In this document: in pieces, positions 1-11,000 of the stretch | Layout of the letters: every line of letters begins with the position of its first letter | Numbering within the stretch: the first letter of the stretch is position 1 | NCBI RefSeq assembly: GCF_964355755.1 | Contig: NC_092676.1 | Coordinates: 2,299,788 to 2,363,787 of the forward strand | Reading direction: 5' to 3' | DNA: 64,000 nt | Origin: Antedon mediterranea | Taxonomy: Eukaryota; Animalia; Echinodermata | Notes under the pieces: model-generated | Told to the model about the DNA's origin: nothing | The model's input: the letters and a program-made list of their open reading frames with translations, nothing else | The model's database searches: none | Position numbers and translations under genes: made by a program

Positions 1-338
1 CAGCACTATGCATCAAAGTAAACTGTGTCTGTAAAGAAACAAACTGGCATCTTGGTATCGGTCCGATTTGCTCGAACATAGATCTCGGCATAGTAACAGA
101 TGTAAAATCACTCACTCAGTAGAACGAATACTGAACGACACGTGATACTTAATTAACCAATAAAATGGCAAAGATATGGTGTGTTATAAACTTTGATGAC
201 GTACGAATTGCTGCTTTTCTTTGTGCAGCTTTTAGGCATACCTAGTACTGGATTGTGATTCTTCCTCGCCGTCATGCAGTACTTGCTGATCTACATCTTC
301 TGCCATTTGACTTGCACTTTCCGTCACGTTCCCCATAC

Positions 339-530
339 CTGTATACGTCCATCCAAGGTCCTTCGAATGGTAACACATGTAGTTTTTTTTGTTCCATTAG
401 ATGTAACTGCATTGATCAGTTCTGTCAGTTCAGACTTGTTAAGTTTTCTTACCAAACTGTTTATTGCTGATGTTTTGAATCTGTCTGGTCGTCCTTTGCT
501 ATAGGAAATTAGATTGTCTACAGCATCCAT
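339..530 (-). pseudogene. Smad4/Medea-like MH1 N-terminal exon, version A (also 7748-7939, 10678-10869, 13598-13789, 19297-19488, 22223-22414)
   Basis: MDAVDNLISYSKGRPDRFKTSAINSLVRKLNKSELTELINAVTSNGTKKTTCVTIRRTLDGRIQ aligns with SMAD4 ...AIESLVKKL..ELDSLITAITTNG..KCVTIQRTLDGRLQ. It ends in CAG|GT at the position of the SMAD4 intron after DGRLQ. The rest of MH1 and all of MH2 are absent. Confidence 0.88.
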
Positions 531-559
531 ATTTATATTCTCTCACAATGTACCTGTAG

Positions 560-1345
560 TTTAAACATAAACCGGAAGCGGTTTCACAAGCCTTTGGGCC
601 TGTGCTGTAGAAATCAGCCATAGGAGTGTCTGACAGAAGCTCATCACTAAAATTTTGTCTTAAAATTGAAAAAATAACTTCTGGATCATTGGTTGATTTG
701 CATCGAAGACCAACCTTTACAATTGATTTTGCTTTTCCTAGGAGGAGGGACAAAATTTCTTCCCCGACCTCTTGTATAGGAAGATATTTCTGATATATGA
801 TCTTATTTGGTCCTCCCAATCTAAATAGGGTACTTTAGCGGACTCGCCACGAAAGACTGGAGGTTGCCTTATCTCTTGCTTCATTACTATTTGTGGTTGT
901 ATTAGAGGGGCCGTTATGGTGGAAGTTCTATCTGCTCTTAACCTAATATTATCAACATGGGTTGGTACAGACTGTGGTCCTGGTCTTATCATCCCACGAC
1001 CCCTTCCTCTCCCTCGGGGAGTCGATACAATTGACATGATATTATATATAGATTGCAATTATATTAAATATATAAGAAAATAAAATATATTAAACTTATC
1101 AGATTTAAGTTGTACTTGATGTAACTAGTCAATGGCACGTCCGACGGATGAACTAGTAAGCGTAGCTTGGTTGCAGTAGATTACTTGAACTTCAGTTGGT
1201 GATCTCTTCCTCAAAATCCTAGTCACGGCACCAAAGAAGGTTCTTGCTGGTTACACACCAAATTCAGGATTTGAGGTGACGTTCACGCAATGAATACTCC
1301 GAGACGGTTTTGTTGGCTTTCAAATAGTTTTATTCTCACTGCGGA
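560..1345 (-). mobile_element. Ty3/Gypsy 5' fragment: partial LTR, PBS, leader and frameshifted gag (9 copies, last truncated at ~25470)
   Basis: ORFs 738..1058 and 499..819 join across one frameshift to give ...EIRQPPVFRGESAKVPYLDWEDQIRSYIR/KYLPIQEVGEEILSLLLGKAKSIVKVGLR...IFSILRQNFS..PMADFYST, a Gypsy/PNMA-type capsid pattern. Upstream lie a TGG-initiated PBS (1216-1233) and an LTR remnant with AATAAA (~1329-1334). Confidence 0.85.
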
Positions 1346-1503
1346 TCACGTGATACTTAATTAACCAATAAAATGGCAAAGATATGGTGTGTTATAAACT
1401 TTGATGACGTACGAATTGCTGCTTTTCTTCGTGCAGCTTTTAGGCATACCTAGTACTGGATTGTGATTCTTCCTCGCCGTCATGCAGTACTTGCTGGTCT
1501 ACA

Positions 1504-1665
1504 AAACTTTAGGCTGAGATATCTCAGGAAGTAGACATGGTATCAAGATATTTTTTTTTTAGCATTTTTATAAATCTTGGATTATGTAGGTTATGTAGTA
1601 TTTGTGAAAATCTCAATTTTGAAAATTCCGACTTATGTCTGCTTTCCCTTGCATGTGCCACATAT
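1504..1665. mobile_element. Probable end of a non-autonomous DNA element inside each short unit
   Basis: Non-coding block abruptly joined to the aGPCR exon piece at 1503 and ending in ...TGCATGTGCCACATAT, resembling TA-flanked TGTG-type termini. The second end is not seen. Confidence 0.3.
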
Positions 1666-1913
1666 CTGAATACGTGAATAGCATACTGTATACAAAATGG
1701 TGACTTTAGAATACTGTTTGTAATAACAATGCAATTCAAATTGAAAATCATGTTTTGAAGGATTATCTTCATTTATGGGCAATCTCACAGTAACCTAGGC
1801 CGCAAGTGTCTCGCAGGGAAAAGACAATTAAACATCAGTTACGAACACGTTTGTATCAGCCACTATTTAGATTTTAATTAAAATTTGTATTGAATTACCA
1901 CATAACATAATAC

Positions 1914-3030
1914 GTACAACTGGTATTTTGATTTAATAAGGAGTGTCAGTGACAAACCAAGAATAGAAAGGCCACACCCAATATACGAAATATAAAAGAG
2001 AGCCAATTGATGCTTCTCGGGCAGCTCTGCCGTATCACCATATACATCCTAGAAAACAAAATGCATTTATATTCCTCTGGTATTTTTTACACATAGCTCT
2101 AATTATTCAGATAATGAAAGCACTAACCATAAGTAAAGCAAAGTTTGTGAAATGATTGCATTTACACGTTGTACTTGTATCATTTGTTGAATCAACCCAG
2201 CACCCATTAGTTGACCAACCTCCGATTCCTCCTGAAATTTTGGATTATAAAAGAAAATTGTTAAAATGAACAACTGATTCCCATCTACAAAACTACCCCA
2301 ATTTACTTTAAAAAGGTAAACGTATGGATGCTACAGTAGACACATTTTAGTATTTTATGTAAAAACCTTTACAAAATTGCTATTTTATAACATTACCGTT
2401 AGCAGTAAAATTCCAGAATACACATTTTTAAACAAAAAAACAAAACTGTTATAATTCAAAGAAACTTTATTATTAGAATAAAAAACTGTCACTATTTTAT
2501 GCAAGTTTACGTTGTGTTTTATGAATGAAATATAAAAAAGAATGTATACAGTATCTTCAACTAATATGCCTATGGCATAAACACAGATTAAAAACTTACG
2601 TCTGTTTGTCTGTGAATAAGAGTTATGGAAATTGGAGATAACGGATCTGTCGGAGCCAAGTCCCCAATTGTAGCCAATATAACAAAACTGTTCAATACGT
2701 TTGTTTTAATTGGTTCTTCAAATGTTTCGTAATTAGAAAAAGAAAAGCTGGCACTTCTGATCAACAATATTATTATACAAAACTACAAGTTACAATACTA
2801 GACTATCATTAAATACTTTTTCAATACATAATAATTATTTTGTTATAAATGATTTTAACTTCAATTCATTTTTAAAAAAAGAAGATGAAAACGTTCTAAT
2901 TTACGTAAAAGAACTTTGACAGCACTATGCATCAAAGTAAACTGTGTCTGTAAAGAAACAAACTGGCATCTTGGTATCGGTCCGATTTGCTCGAACATAG
3001 ATCTCGGCATAGTAACAGATGTAAAATCAC
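1914..3030 (-). pseudogene. Adhesion GPCR fragment: GAIN-B, GPS and TM1 exons with introns (6 full copies plus a partial one at the window start)
   Basis: Minus-strand exon pieces: SVTMPRSMFEQIGPIPRCQFVSLQ (~2945-3025); LNSFVILATIGDLAPTDPLSPISITLIHRQTD|gt (ends 2600); KCVFWNFTAN|gt (ends 2397, acceptor lost); ag|[35 protein letters not shown]|gt (2231-2128); ag|DVYGDTAELPEKHQLALFYISYIGCGLSILGLSLTLL (from 2048). TM2-7 are absent. Confidence 0.92.
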
Positions 3031-3171
3031 TCACTCAGTAGAACGAATACTGAACGAATACTGAACGACACGTGATACTTAATTAACCAATAAAATGGCA
3101 AAGATATGGTGTGTTATAAACTTTGATGACGTACGAATTGCTGCTTTTCTTTGTGCAGCTTTTAGGCATAC

Positions 3172-4770
3172 CTAGTACTAGATTGTGATTCTTCCTCGCC
3201 GTCATGCAGTACTTGCTGGTCTACATCTTCTGCCATTTGACTTGCACTTTCCATCACGTTCCCCATAACCTGTCTGCTAGAATCTTTATAAACAGCAATA
3301 TTGTTTGCCAAGTTTTCCATTACCGTAACGACAATCTCGAAGTCATCGGTCGTGAAGTCGCCAGCAGAGGACGTCTTATCCATCAGCATAGTAGAAAGTG
3401 GCAATGCACTTTCTGAAAAAAAGTACAATAATGACCAATACATAACAGGCACACAACTGAAAGTTGTTTGAAAACAATGTTTTAGGATAAAAACTTTCCC
3501 GTTGGCGCAATATATGCTATGCCACACCCATCGATTAACGTTGATCACCTTTGTACATATTGGCAGCTGCTTCAATATTTCTTTGTCGATACAAATTATC
3601 TGGTGTTATGAAAGTTAGGCGCGGGATCCATCATCCGATTGTATGTATTTCTGATATATTTCTTATTAATTTAAAAAATATTCATAATATCCATATTATT
3701 TTCAATGTGCACGTTTGACTTCCTGCAGTGACCTCTGTTGACACCAAAGCCTAAAAATTGCGTGTCAAGACGCTTTCGTAAGAGAATTTGGTACGATTTA
3801 AATTTGGAAAACATCTTTAATTTATTTTGAAAGAATTAAATATAGAAATAGATATATTGGTCACAAAAAAAGGAGAAGAAAGTGTGTCTTGATTGAAAAG
3901 CAGAGGAAGAAAACTAAAAGAATGTAAACGATAACGAAATACTGTCTACTGTAGATGTTTTCAGCTAATGACGACATGGACACAATACAAAAACGAGAAG
4001 TAAGAAAATAATTCTAAAAGAATTATAATATAGGTTAATTGATTTATTTTATTTATTTTATTCATTTCGGCAATAAACATAAAATAATAATTACAAAAAA
4101 AACATAAAAATATATATATATATATGAAAAACAAGACACGAGGCCGAGGAAAGACAAAAGCATTAAACAAACGCTGTCACCGGTAAGGTGTGTCTCTCCA
4201 ACACATAAATAACAAATAACAAGAATATATACAAATATAGTAGACATATCATTTCATTTAAAAATTTAAAAAGTTTCTCTCCGAGATTTAAAATATAGCT
4301 TTAGAGATAATTTAAAATTAATAAAAGAACCATTAACAAAAACATCACGAATCAGATTGGGTATGGAATTCCAAGTTCTAGTGAATCTGGTCGGGATGCA
4401 AAATGATAGATGTATATTTAAACATTGGTATTGGTAGTACGTCATAGTTGTATTTTTACCATTTTCTTGTTGAAAAGTTGCCTGGGTTGTATGGACATTC
4501 AACTTTTGCTGTGGTTTTTCCTTCAGTTTGTAGCCAAACAAATGTGCCCTGGAGATCTGTCAACGTTTCACCTCGACTTGTCTGCACTGTCTCTTGTCCA
4601 GATGTTTCATTTAAGAAATGAGTTGTTGAATTCTGAACAAGTGATGTGGTCATTAAAGTTGTTGATGGAGTCGTATTAGTGAGAGTAGTTGACAATGCTG
4701 GTTCTGTAGTTTCTGCCCCAGGATGGGTAGAAGGTGGCTGTGTGTGGTATCATTACTTTCTTCTTCATCA
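3172..4770 (-). pseudogene. Adhesion GPCR fragment: Ser/Thr stalk + HormR exon and GAIN-A exon (also ~14720-16318 and ~23345-24943)
   Basis: Exon 4770-4460 is a Thr/Ser-rich stalk followed by ETLTDLQGTFVWLQTEGKTTAKVECPYNPGNFSTRK(TG|gt), HormR-like and frameshifted near its start. Exon 3412-3172 reads ag|..SALPLSTMLMDKTSSAGDFTTDDFEIVVTVMENLA...VDQQVLHDGEEESQSSTR|gt. Confidence 0.8.
4040..4400 (-). mobile_element. 3' end of a CR1-group LINE within the aGPCR intron (3 copies)
   Basis: IPTRFTRTWNSIPNLIRD...SFINFKLSLKLYF resembles the ORF2 C-terminal WNSLP..FK..LK motif. It is followed by a 3' UTR ending in AATAA-type repeats at ~4040-4062. Confidence 0.65.
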
Positions 4771-4820
4771 CTGTAGGCATTTAAATAGCATAATTAATAA
4801 ATTATTTATAAATTGAATAC

Positions 4821-5020
4821 CTGTATACTGTACGTCCATCCAAGGTCCTTCGAATGGTAACAAATTAATTTTTTTTTTTAGTGCCATTTGAAATAACTGC
4901 ATTTATCAGTTCTGTCAGTTCGGAGTTTTCAAGTTTTTTGACCAAACTGTTGATGGCAGAGGTTTTGAATCCGTCTGGTCCTCCTTGGCTATGGCAAATT
5001 AGATTGTCTACAGCATCCAT
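4821..5020 (-). pseudogene. Smad4-like MH1 exon, version B, with in-frame stop and 5-nt insertion (also 16369-16568, 24994-25193)
   Basis: Manual translation gives MDAVDNLICHSQGGPDGFKTSAINSLVKKLENSELTELINAVISNGTKKKN*FVTIRRTLDGR. LICHSQGG matches SMAD4 LMCHRQGG. A GT donor follows at 4820. Confidence 0.88.
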
Positions 5021-8000
5021 ATTTATATTCTCTCACAATGTACCTGTAGTTTAAACATAAACCGGAAGCGGTTTCACAAGCCTTTGGGCCTGTGCTGTAG
5101 AAATCAGCCATAGGAGTGTCTGACAGAAGCTCATCACTAAAATTTTGTCTTAAAATTGAAAAAATAACTTCTGGATCATTGGTTGATTTGCATCGAAGAC
5201 CAACCTTTACAATTGATTTTGCTTTTCCTAGGAGGAGGGACAAAATTTCTTCCCCGACCTCTTGTATAGGAAGATATTTCTGATATATGATCTTATTTGG
5301 TCCTCCCAATCTAAATAGGGTACTTTAGCGGACTCGCCACGAAAGACTGGAGGTTGCCTTATCTCTTGCTTCATTACTATTTGTGGTTGTATTAGAGGGG
5401 CCGTTATGGTGGAAGTTCTATCTGCTCTTAACCTAATATTATCAACATGGGTTGGTACAGACTGTGGTCCTGGTCTTATCATCCCACGACCCCTTCCTCT
5501 CCCTCGGGGAGTCGATACAATTGACATGATATTATATATAGATTGCAATTATATTAAATATATAAGAAAATAAAATATATTAAACTTATCAGATTTAAGT
5601 TGTACTTGATGTAACTAGTCAATGGCACGTCCGACGGATGAACTAGTAAGCGTAGCTTGGTTGCAGTAGATTACTTGAACTTCAGTTGGTGATCTCTTCC
5701 TCAAAATCCTAGTCACGGCACCAAAGAAGGTTCTTGCTGGTTACACACCAAATTCAGGATTTGAGGTGACGTTCACGCAATGAATACTCCGAGACGGTTT
5801 TGTTGGCTTTCAAATAGTTTTATTCTCACTGCGGATCACGTGATACTTAATTAACCAATAAAATGGCAAAGATATGGTGTGTTATAAACTTTGATGACGT
5901 ACGAATTGCTGCTTTTCTTCGTGCAGCTTTTAGGCATACCTAGTACTGGATTGTGATTCTTCCTCGCCGTCATGCAGTACTTGCTGGTCTACAAAACTTT
6001 AGGCTGAGATATCTCAGGAAGTAGACATGGTATCAAGATATTTTTTTTTTAGCATTTTTATAAATCTTGGATTATGTAGGTTATGTAGTATTTGTGAAAA
6101 TCTCAATTTTGAAAATTCCGACTTATGTCTGCTTTCCCTTGCATGTGCCACATATCTGAATACGTGAATAGCATACTGTATACAAAATGGTGACTTTAGA
6201 ATACTGTTTGTAATAACAATGCAATTCAAATTGAAAATCATGTTTTGAAGGATTATCTTCATTTATGGGCAATCTCACAGTAACCTAGGCCGCAAGTGTC
6301 TCGCAGGGAAAAGACAATTAAACATCAGTTACGAACACGTTTGTATCAGCCACTATTTAGATTTTAATTAAAATTTGTATTGAATTACCACATAACATAA
6401 TACGTACAACTGGTATTTTGATTTAATAAGGAGTGTCAGTGACAAACCAAGAATAGAAAGGCCACACCCAATATACGAAATATAAAAGAGAGCCAATTGA
6501 TGCTTCTCGGGCAGCTCTGCCGTATCACCATATACATCCTAGAAAACAAAATGCATTTATATTCCTCTGGTATTTTTTACACATAGCTCTAATTATTCAG
6601 ATAATGAAAGCACTAACCATAAGTAAAGCAAAGTTTGTGAAATGATTGCATTTACACGTTGTACTTGTATCATTTGTTGAATCAACCCAGCACCCATTAG
6701 TTGACCAACCTCCGATTCCTCCTGAAATTTTGGATTATAAAAGAAAATTGTTAAAATGAACAACTGATTCCCATCTACAAAACTACCCCAATTTACTTTA
6801 AAAAGGTAAACGTATGGATGCTACAGTAGACACATTTTAGTATTTTATGTAAAAACCTTTACAAAATTGCTATTTTATAACATTACCGTTAGCAGTAAAA
6901 TTCCAGAATACACATTTTTAAACAAAAAAACAAAACTGTTATAATTCAAAGAAACTTTATTATTAGAATAAAAAACTGTCACTATTTTATGCAAGTTTAC
7001 GTTGTGTTTTATGAATGAAATATAAAAAAGAATGTATACAGTATCTTCAACTAATATGCCTATGGCATAAACACAGATTAAAAACTTACGTCTGTTTGTC
7101 TGTGAATAAGAGTTATGGAAATTGGAGATAACGGATCTGTCGGAGCCAAGTCCCCAATTGTAGCCAATATAACAAAACTGTTCAATACGTTTGTTTTAAT
7201 TGGTTCTTCAAATGTTTCGTAATTAGGAAAAGAAAAGCTGGCACTTCTGATCAACAATATTATTATACAAAACTACAAGTTACAATACTAGACTATCATT
7301 AAATACTTTTTCAATACATAATAATTATTTTGTTATAAATGATTTTAACTTCAATTCATTTTTAAAAAAAGAAGATGAAAACGTTCTAATTTACGTAAAA
7401 GAACTTTGACAGCACTATGCATCAAAGTAAACTGTGTCTGTAAAGAAACAAACTGGCATCTTGGTATCGGTCCGATTTGCTCGAACATAGATCTCGGCAT
7501 AGTAACAGATGTAAAATCACTCACTCAGTAGAACGAATACTGAACGACACGTGATACTTAATTAACCAATAAAATGGCAAAGATATGGTGTGTTATAAAC
7601 TTTGATGACGTACGAATTGCTGCTTTTCTTTGTGCAGCTTTTAGGCATACCTAGTACTGGATTGTGATTCTTCCTCGCCGTCATGCAGTACTTGCTGATC
7701 TACATCTTCTGCCATTTGACTTGCACTTTCCGTCACGTTCCCCATACCTGTATACGTCCATCCAAGGTCCTTCGAATGGTAACACATGTAGTTTTTTTTG
7801 TTCCATTAGATGTAACTGCATTGATCAGTTCTGTCAGTTCAGACTTGTTAAGTTTTCTTACCAAACTGTTTATTGCTGATGTTTTGAATCTGTCTGGTCG
7901 TCCTTTGCTATAGGAAATTAGATTGTCTACAGCATCCATATTTATATTCTCTCACAATGTACCTGTAGTTTAAACATAAACCGGAAGCGGTTTCACAAGC

Positions 8001-11000
8001 CTTTGGGCCTGTGCTGTAGAAATCAGCCATAGGAGTGTCTGACAGAAGCTCATCACTAAAATTTTGTCTTAAAATTGAAAAAATAACTTCTGGATCATTG
8101 GTTGATTTGCATCGAAGACCAACCTTTACAATTGATTTTGCTTTTCCTAGGAGGAGGGACAAAATTTCTTCCCCGACCTCTTGTATAGGAAGATATTTCT
8201 GATATATGATCTTATTTGGTCCTCCCAATCTAAATAGGGTACTTTAGCGGACTCGCCACGAAAGACTGGAGGTTGCCTTATCTCTTGCTTCATTACTATT
8301 TGTGGTTGTATTAGAGGGGCCGTTATGGTGGAAGTTCTATCTGCTCTTAACCTAATATTATCAACATGGGTTGGTACAGACTGTGGTCCTGGTCTTATCA
8401 TCCCACGACCCCTTCCTCTCCCTCGGGGAGTCGATACAATTGACATGATATTATATATAGATTGCAATTATATTAAATATATAAGAAAATAAAATATATT
8501 AAACTTATCAGATTTAAGTTGTACTTGATGTAACTAGTCAATGGCACGTCCGACGGATGAACTAGTAAGCGTAGCTTGGTTGCAGTAGATTACTTGAACT
8601 TCAGTTGGTGATCTCTTCCTCAAAATCCTAGTCACGGCACCAAAGAAGGTTCTTGCTGGTTACACACCAAATTCAGGATTTGAGGTGACGTTCACGCAAT
8701 GAATACTCCGAGACGGTTTTGTTGGCTTTCAAATAGTTTTATTCTCACTGCGGATCACGTGATACTTAATTAACCAATAAAATGGCAAAGATATGGTGTG
8801 TTATAAACTTTGATGACGTACGAATTGCTGCTTTTCTTCGTGCAGCTTTTAGGCATACCTAGTACTGGATTGTGATTCTTCCTCGCCGTCATGCAGTACT
8901 TGCTGGTCTACAAAACTTTAGGCTGAGATATCTCAGGAAGTAGACATGGTATCAAGATATTTTTTTTTTAGCATTTTTATAAATCTTGGATTATGTAGGT
9001 TATGTAGTATTTGTGAAAATCTCAATTTTGAAAATTCCGACTTATGTCTGCTTTCCCTTGCATGTGCCACATATCTGAATACGTGAATAGCATACTGTAT
9101 ACAAAATGGTGACTTTAGAATACTGTTTGTAATAACAATGCAATTCAAATTGAAAATCATGTTTTGAAGGATTATCTTCATTTATGGGCAATCTCACAGT
9201 AACCTAGGCCGCAAGTGTCTCGCAGGGAAAAGACAATTAAACATCAGTTACGAACACGTTTGTATCAGCCACTATTTAGATTTTAATTAAAATTTGTATT
9301 GAATTACCACATAACATAATACGTACAACTGGTATTTTGATTTAATAAGGAGTGTCAGTGACAAACCAAGAATAGAAAGGCCACACCCAATATACGAAAT
9401 ATAAAAGAGAGCCAATTGATGCTTCTCGGGCAGCTCTGCCGTATCACCATATACATCCTAGAAAACAAAATGCATTTATATTCCTCTGGTATTTTTTACA
9501 CATAGCTCTAATTATTCAGATAATGAAAGCACTAACCATAAGTAAAGCAAAGTTTGTGAAATGATTGCATTTACACGTTGTACTTGTATCATTTGTTGAA
9601 TCAACCCAGCACCCATTAGTTGACCAACCTCCGATTCCTCCTGAAATTTTGGATTATAAAAGAAAATTGTTAAAATGAACAACTGATTCCCATCTACAAA
9701 ACTACCCCAATTTACTTTAAAAAGGTAAACGTATGGATGCTACAGTAGACACATTTTAGTATTTTATGTAAAAACCTTTACAAAATTGCTATTTTATAAC
9801 ATTACCGTTAGCAGTAAAATTCCAGAATACACATTTTTAAACAAAAAAACAAAACTGTTATAATTCAAAGAAACTTTATTATTAGAATAAAAAACTGTCA
9901 CTATTTTATGCAAGTTTACGTTGTGTTTTATGAATGAAATATAAAAAAGAATGTATACAGTATCTTCAACTAATATGCCTATGGCATAAACACAGATTAA
10001 AAACTTACGTCTGTTTGTCTGTGAATAAGAGTTATGGAAATTGGAGATAACGGATCTGTCGGAGCCAAGTCCCCAATTGTAGCCAATATAACAAAACTGT
10101 TCAATACGTTTGTTTTAATTGGTTCTTCAAATGTTTCGTAATTAGAAAAAGAAAAGCTGGCACTTCTGATCAACAATATTATTATACAAAACTACAAGTT
10201 ACAATACTAGACTATCATTAAATACTTTTTCAATACATAATAATTATTTTGTTATAAATGATTTTAACTTCAATTCATTTTTAAAAAAAGAAGATGAAAA
10301 CGTTCTAATTTACGTAAAAGAACTTTGACAGCACTATGCATCAAAGTAAACTGTGTCTGTAAAGAAACAAACTGGCATCTTGGTATCGGTCCGATTTGCT
10401 CGAACATAGATCTCGGCATAGTAACAGATGTAAAATCACTCACTCAGTAGAACGAATACTGAACGAATACTGAACGACACGTGATACTTAATTAACCAAT
10501 AAAATGGCAAAGATATGGTGTGTTATAAACTTTGATGACGTACGAATTGCTGCTTTTCTTTGTGCAGCTTTTAGGCATACCTAGTACTAGATTGTGATTC
10601 TTCCTCGCCGTCATGCAGTACTTGCTGATCTACATCTTCTGCCATTTGACTTGCACTTTCCGTCACGTTCCCCATACCTGTATACGTCCATCCAAGGTCC
10701 TTCGAATGGTAACACATGTAGTTTTTTTTGTTCCATTAGATGTAACTGCATTGATCAGTTCTGTCAGTTCAGACTTGTTAAGTTTTCTTACCAAACTGTT
10801 TATTGCTGATGTTTTGAATCTGTCTGGTCGTCCTTTGCTATAGGAAATTAGATTGTCTACAGCATCCATATTTATATTCTCTCACAATGTACCTGTAGTT
10901 TAAACATAAACCGGAAGCGGTTTCACAAGCCTTTGGGCCTGTGCTGTAGAAATCAGCCATAGGAGTGTCTGACAGAAGCTCATCACTAAAATTTTGTCTT

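Noticed and set aside
255-504. Plus-strand ORFs of 71 and 76 aa, and their repeats
   Set aside because: They are antisense shadows of the Smad4 and aGPCR exons.
1216-1233. tRNA-His gene
   Set aside because: Only the 3' 18 nt including CCA match, and the position after an LTR end identifies it as a PBS.
1524-1772. 82-aa ORF repeated six times
   Set aside because: No recognisable motif. It crosses a repeat-fragment boundary and recurs only because the unit is duplicated.
1914-4770. Intact adhesion GPCR gene
   Set aside because: TM2-7 and the signal peptide are absent, one acceptor is lost, the stalk exon is frameshifted and GAIN exons are incomplete.
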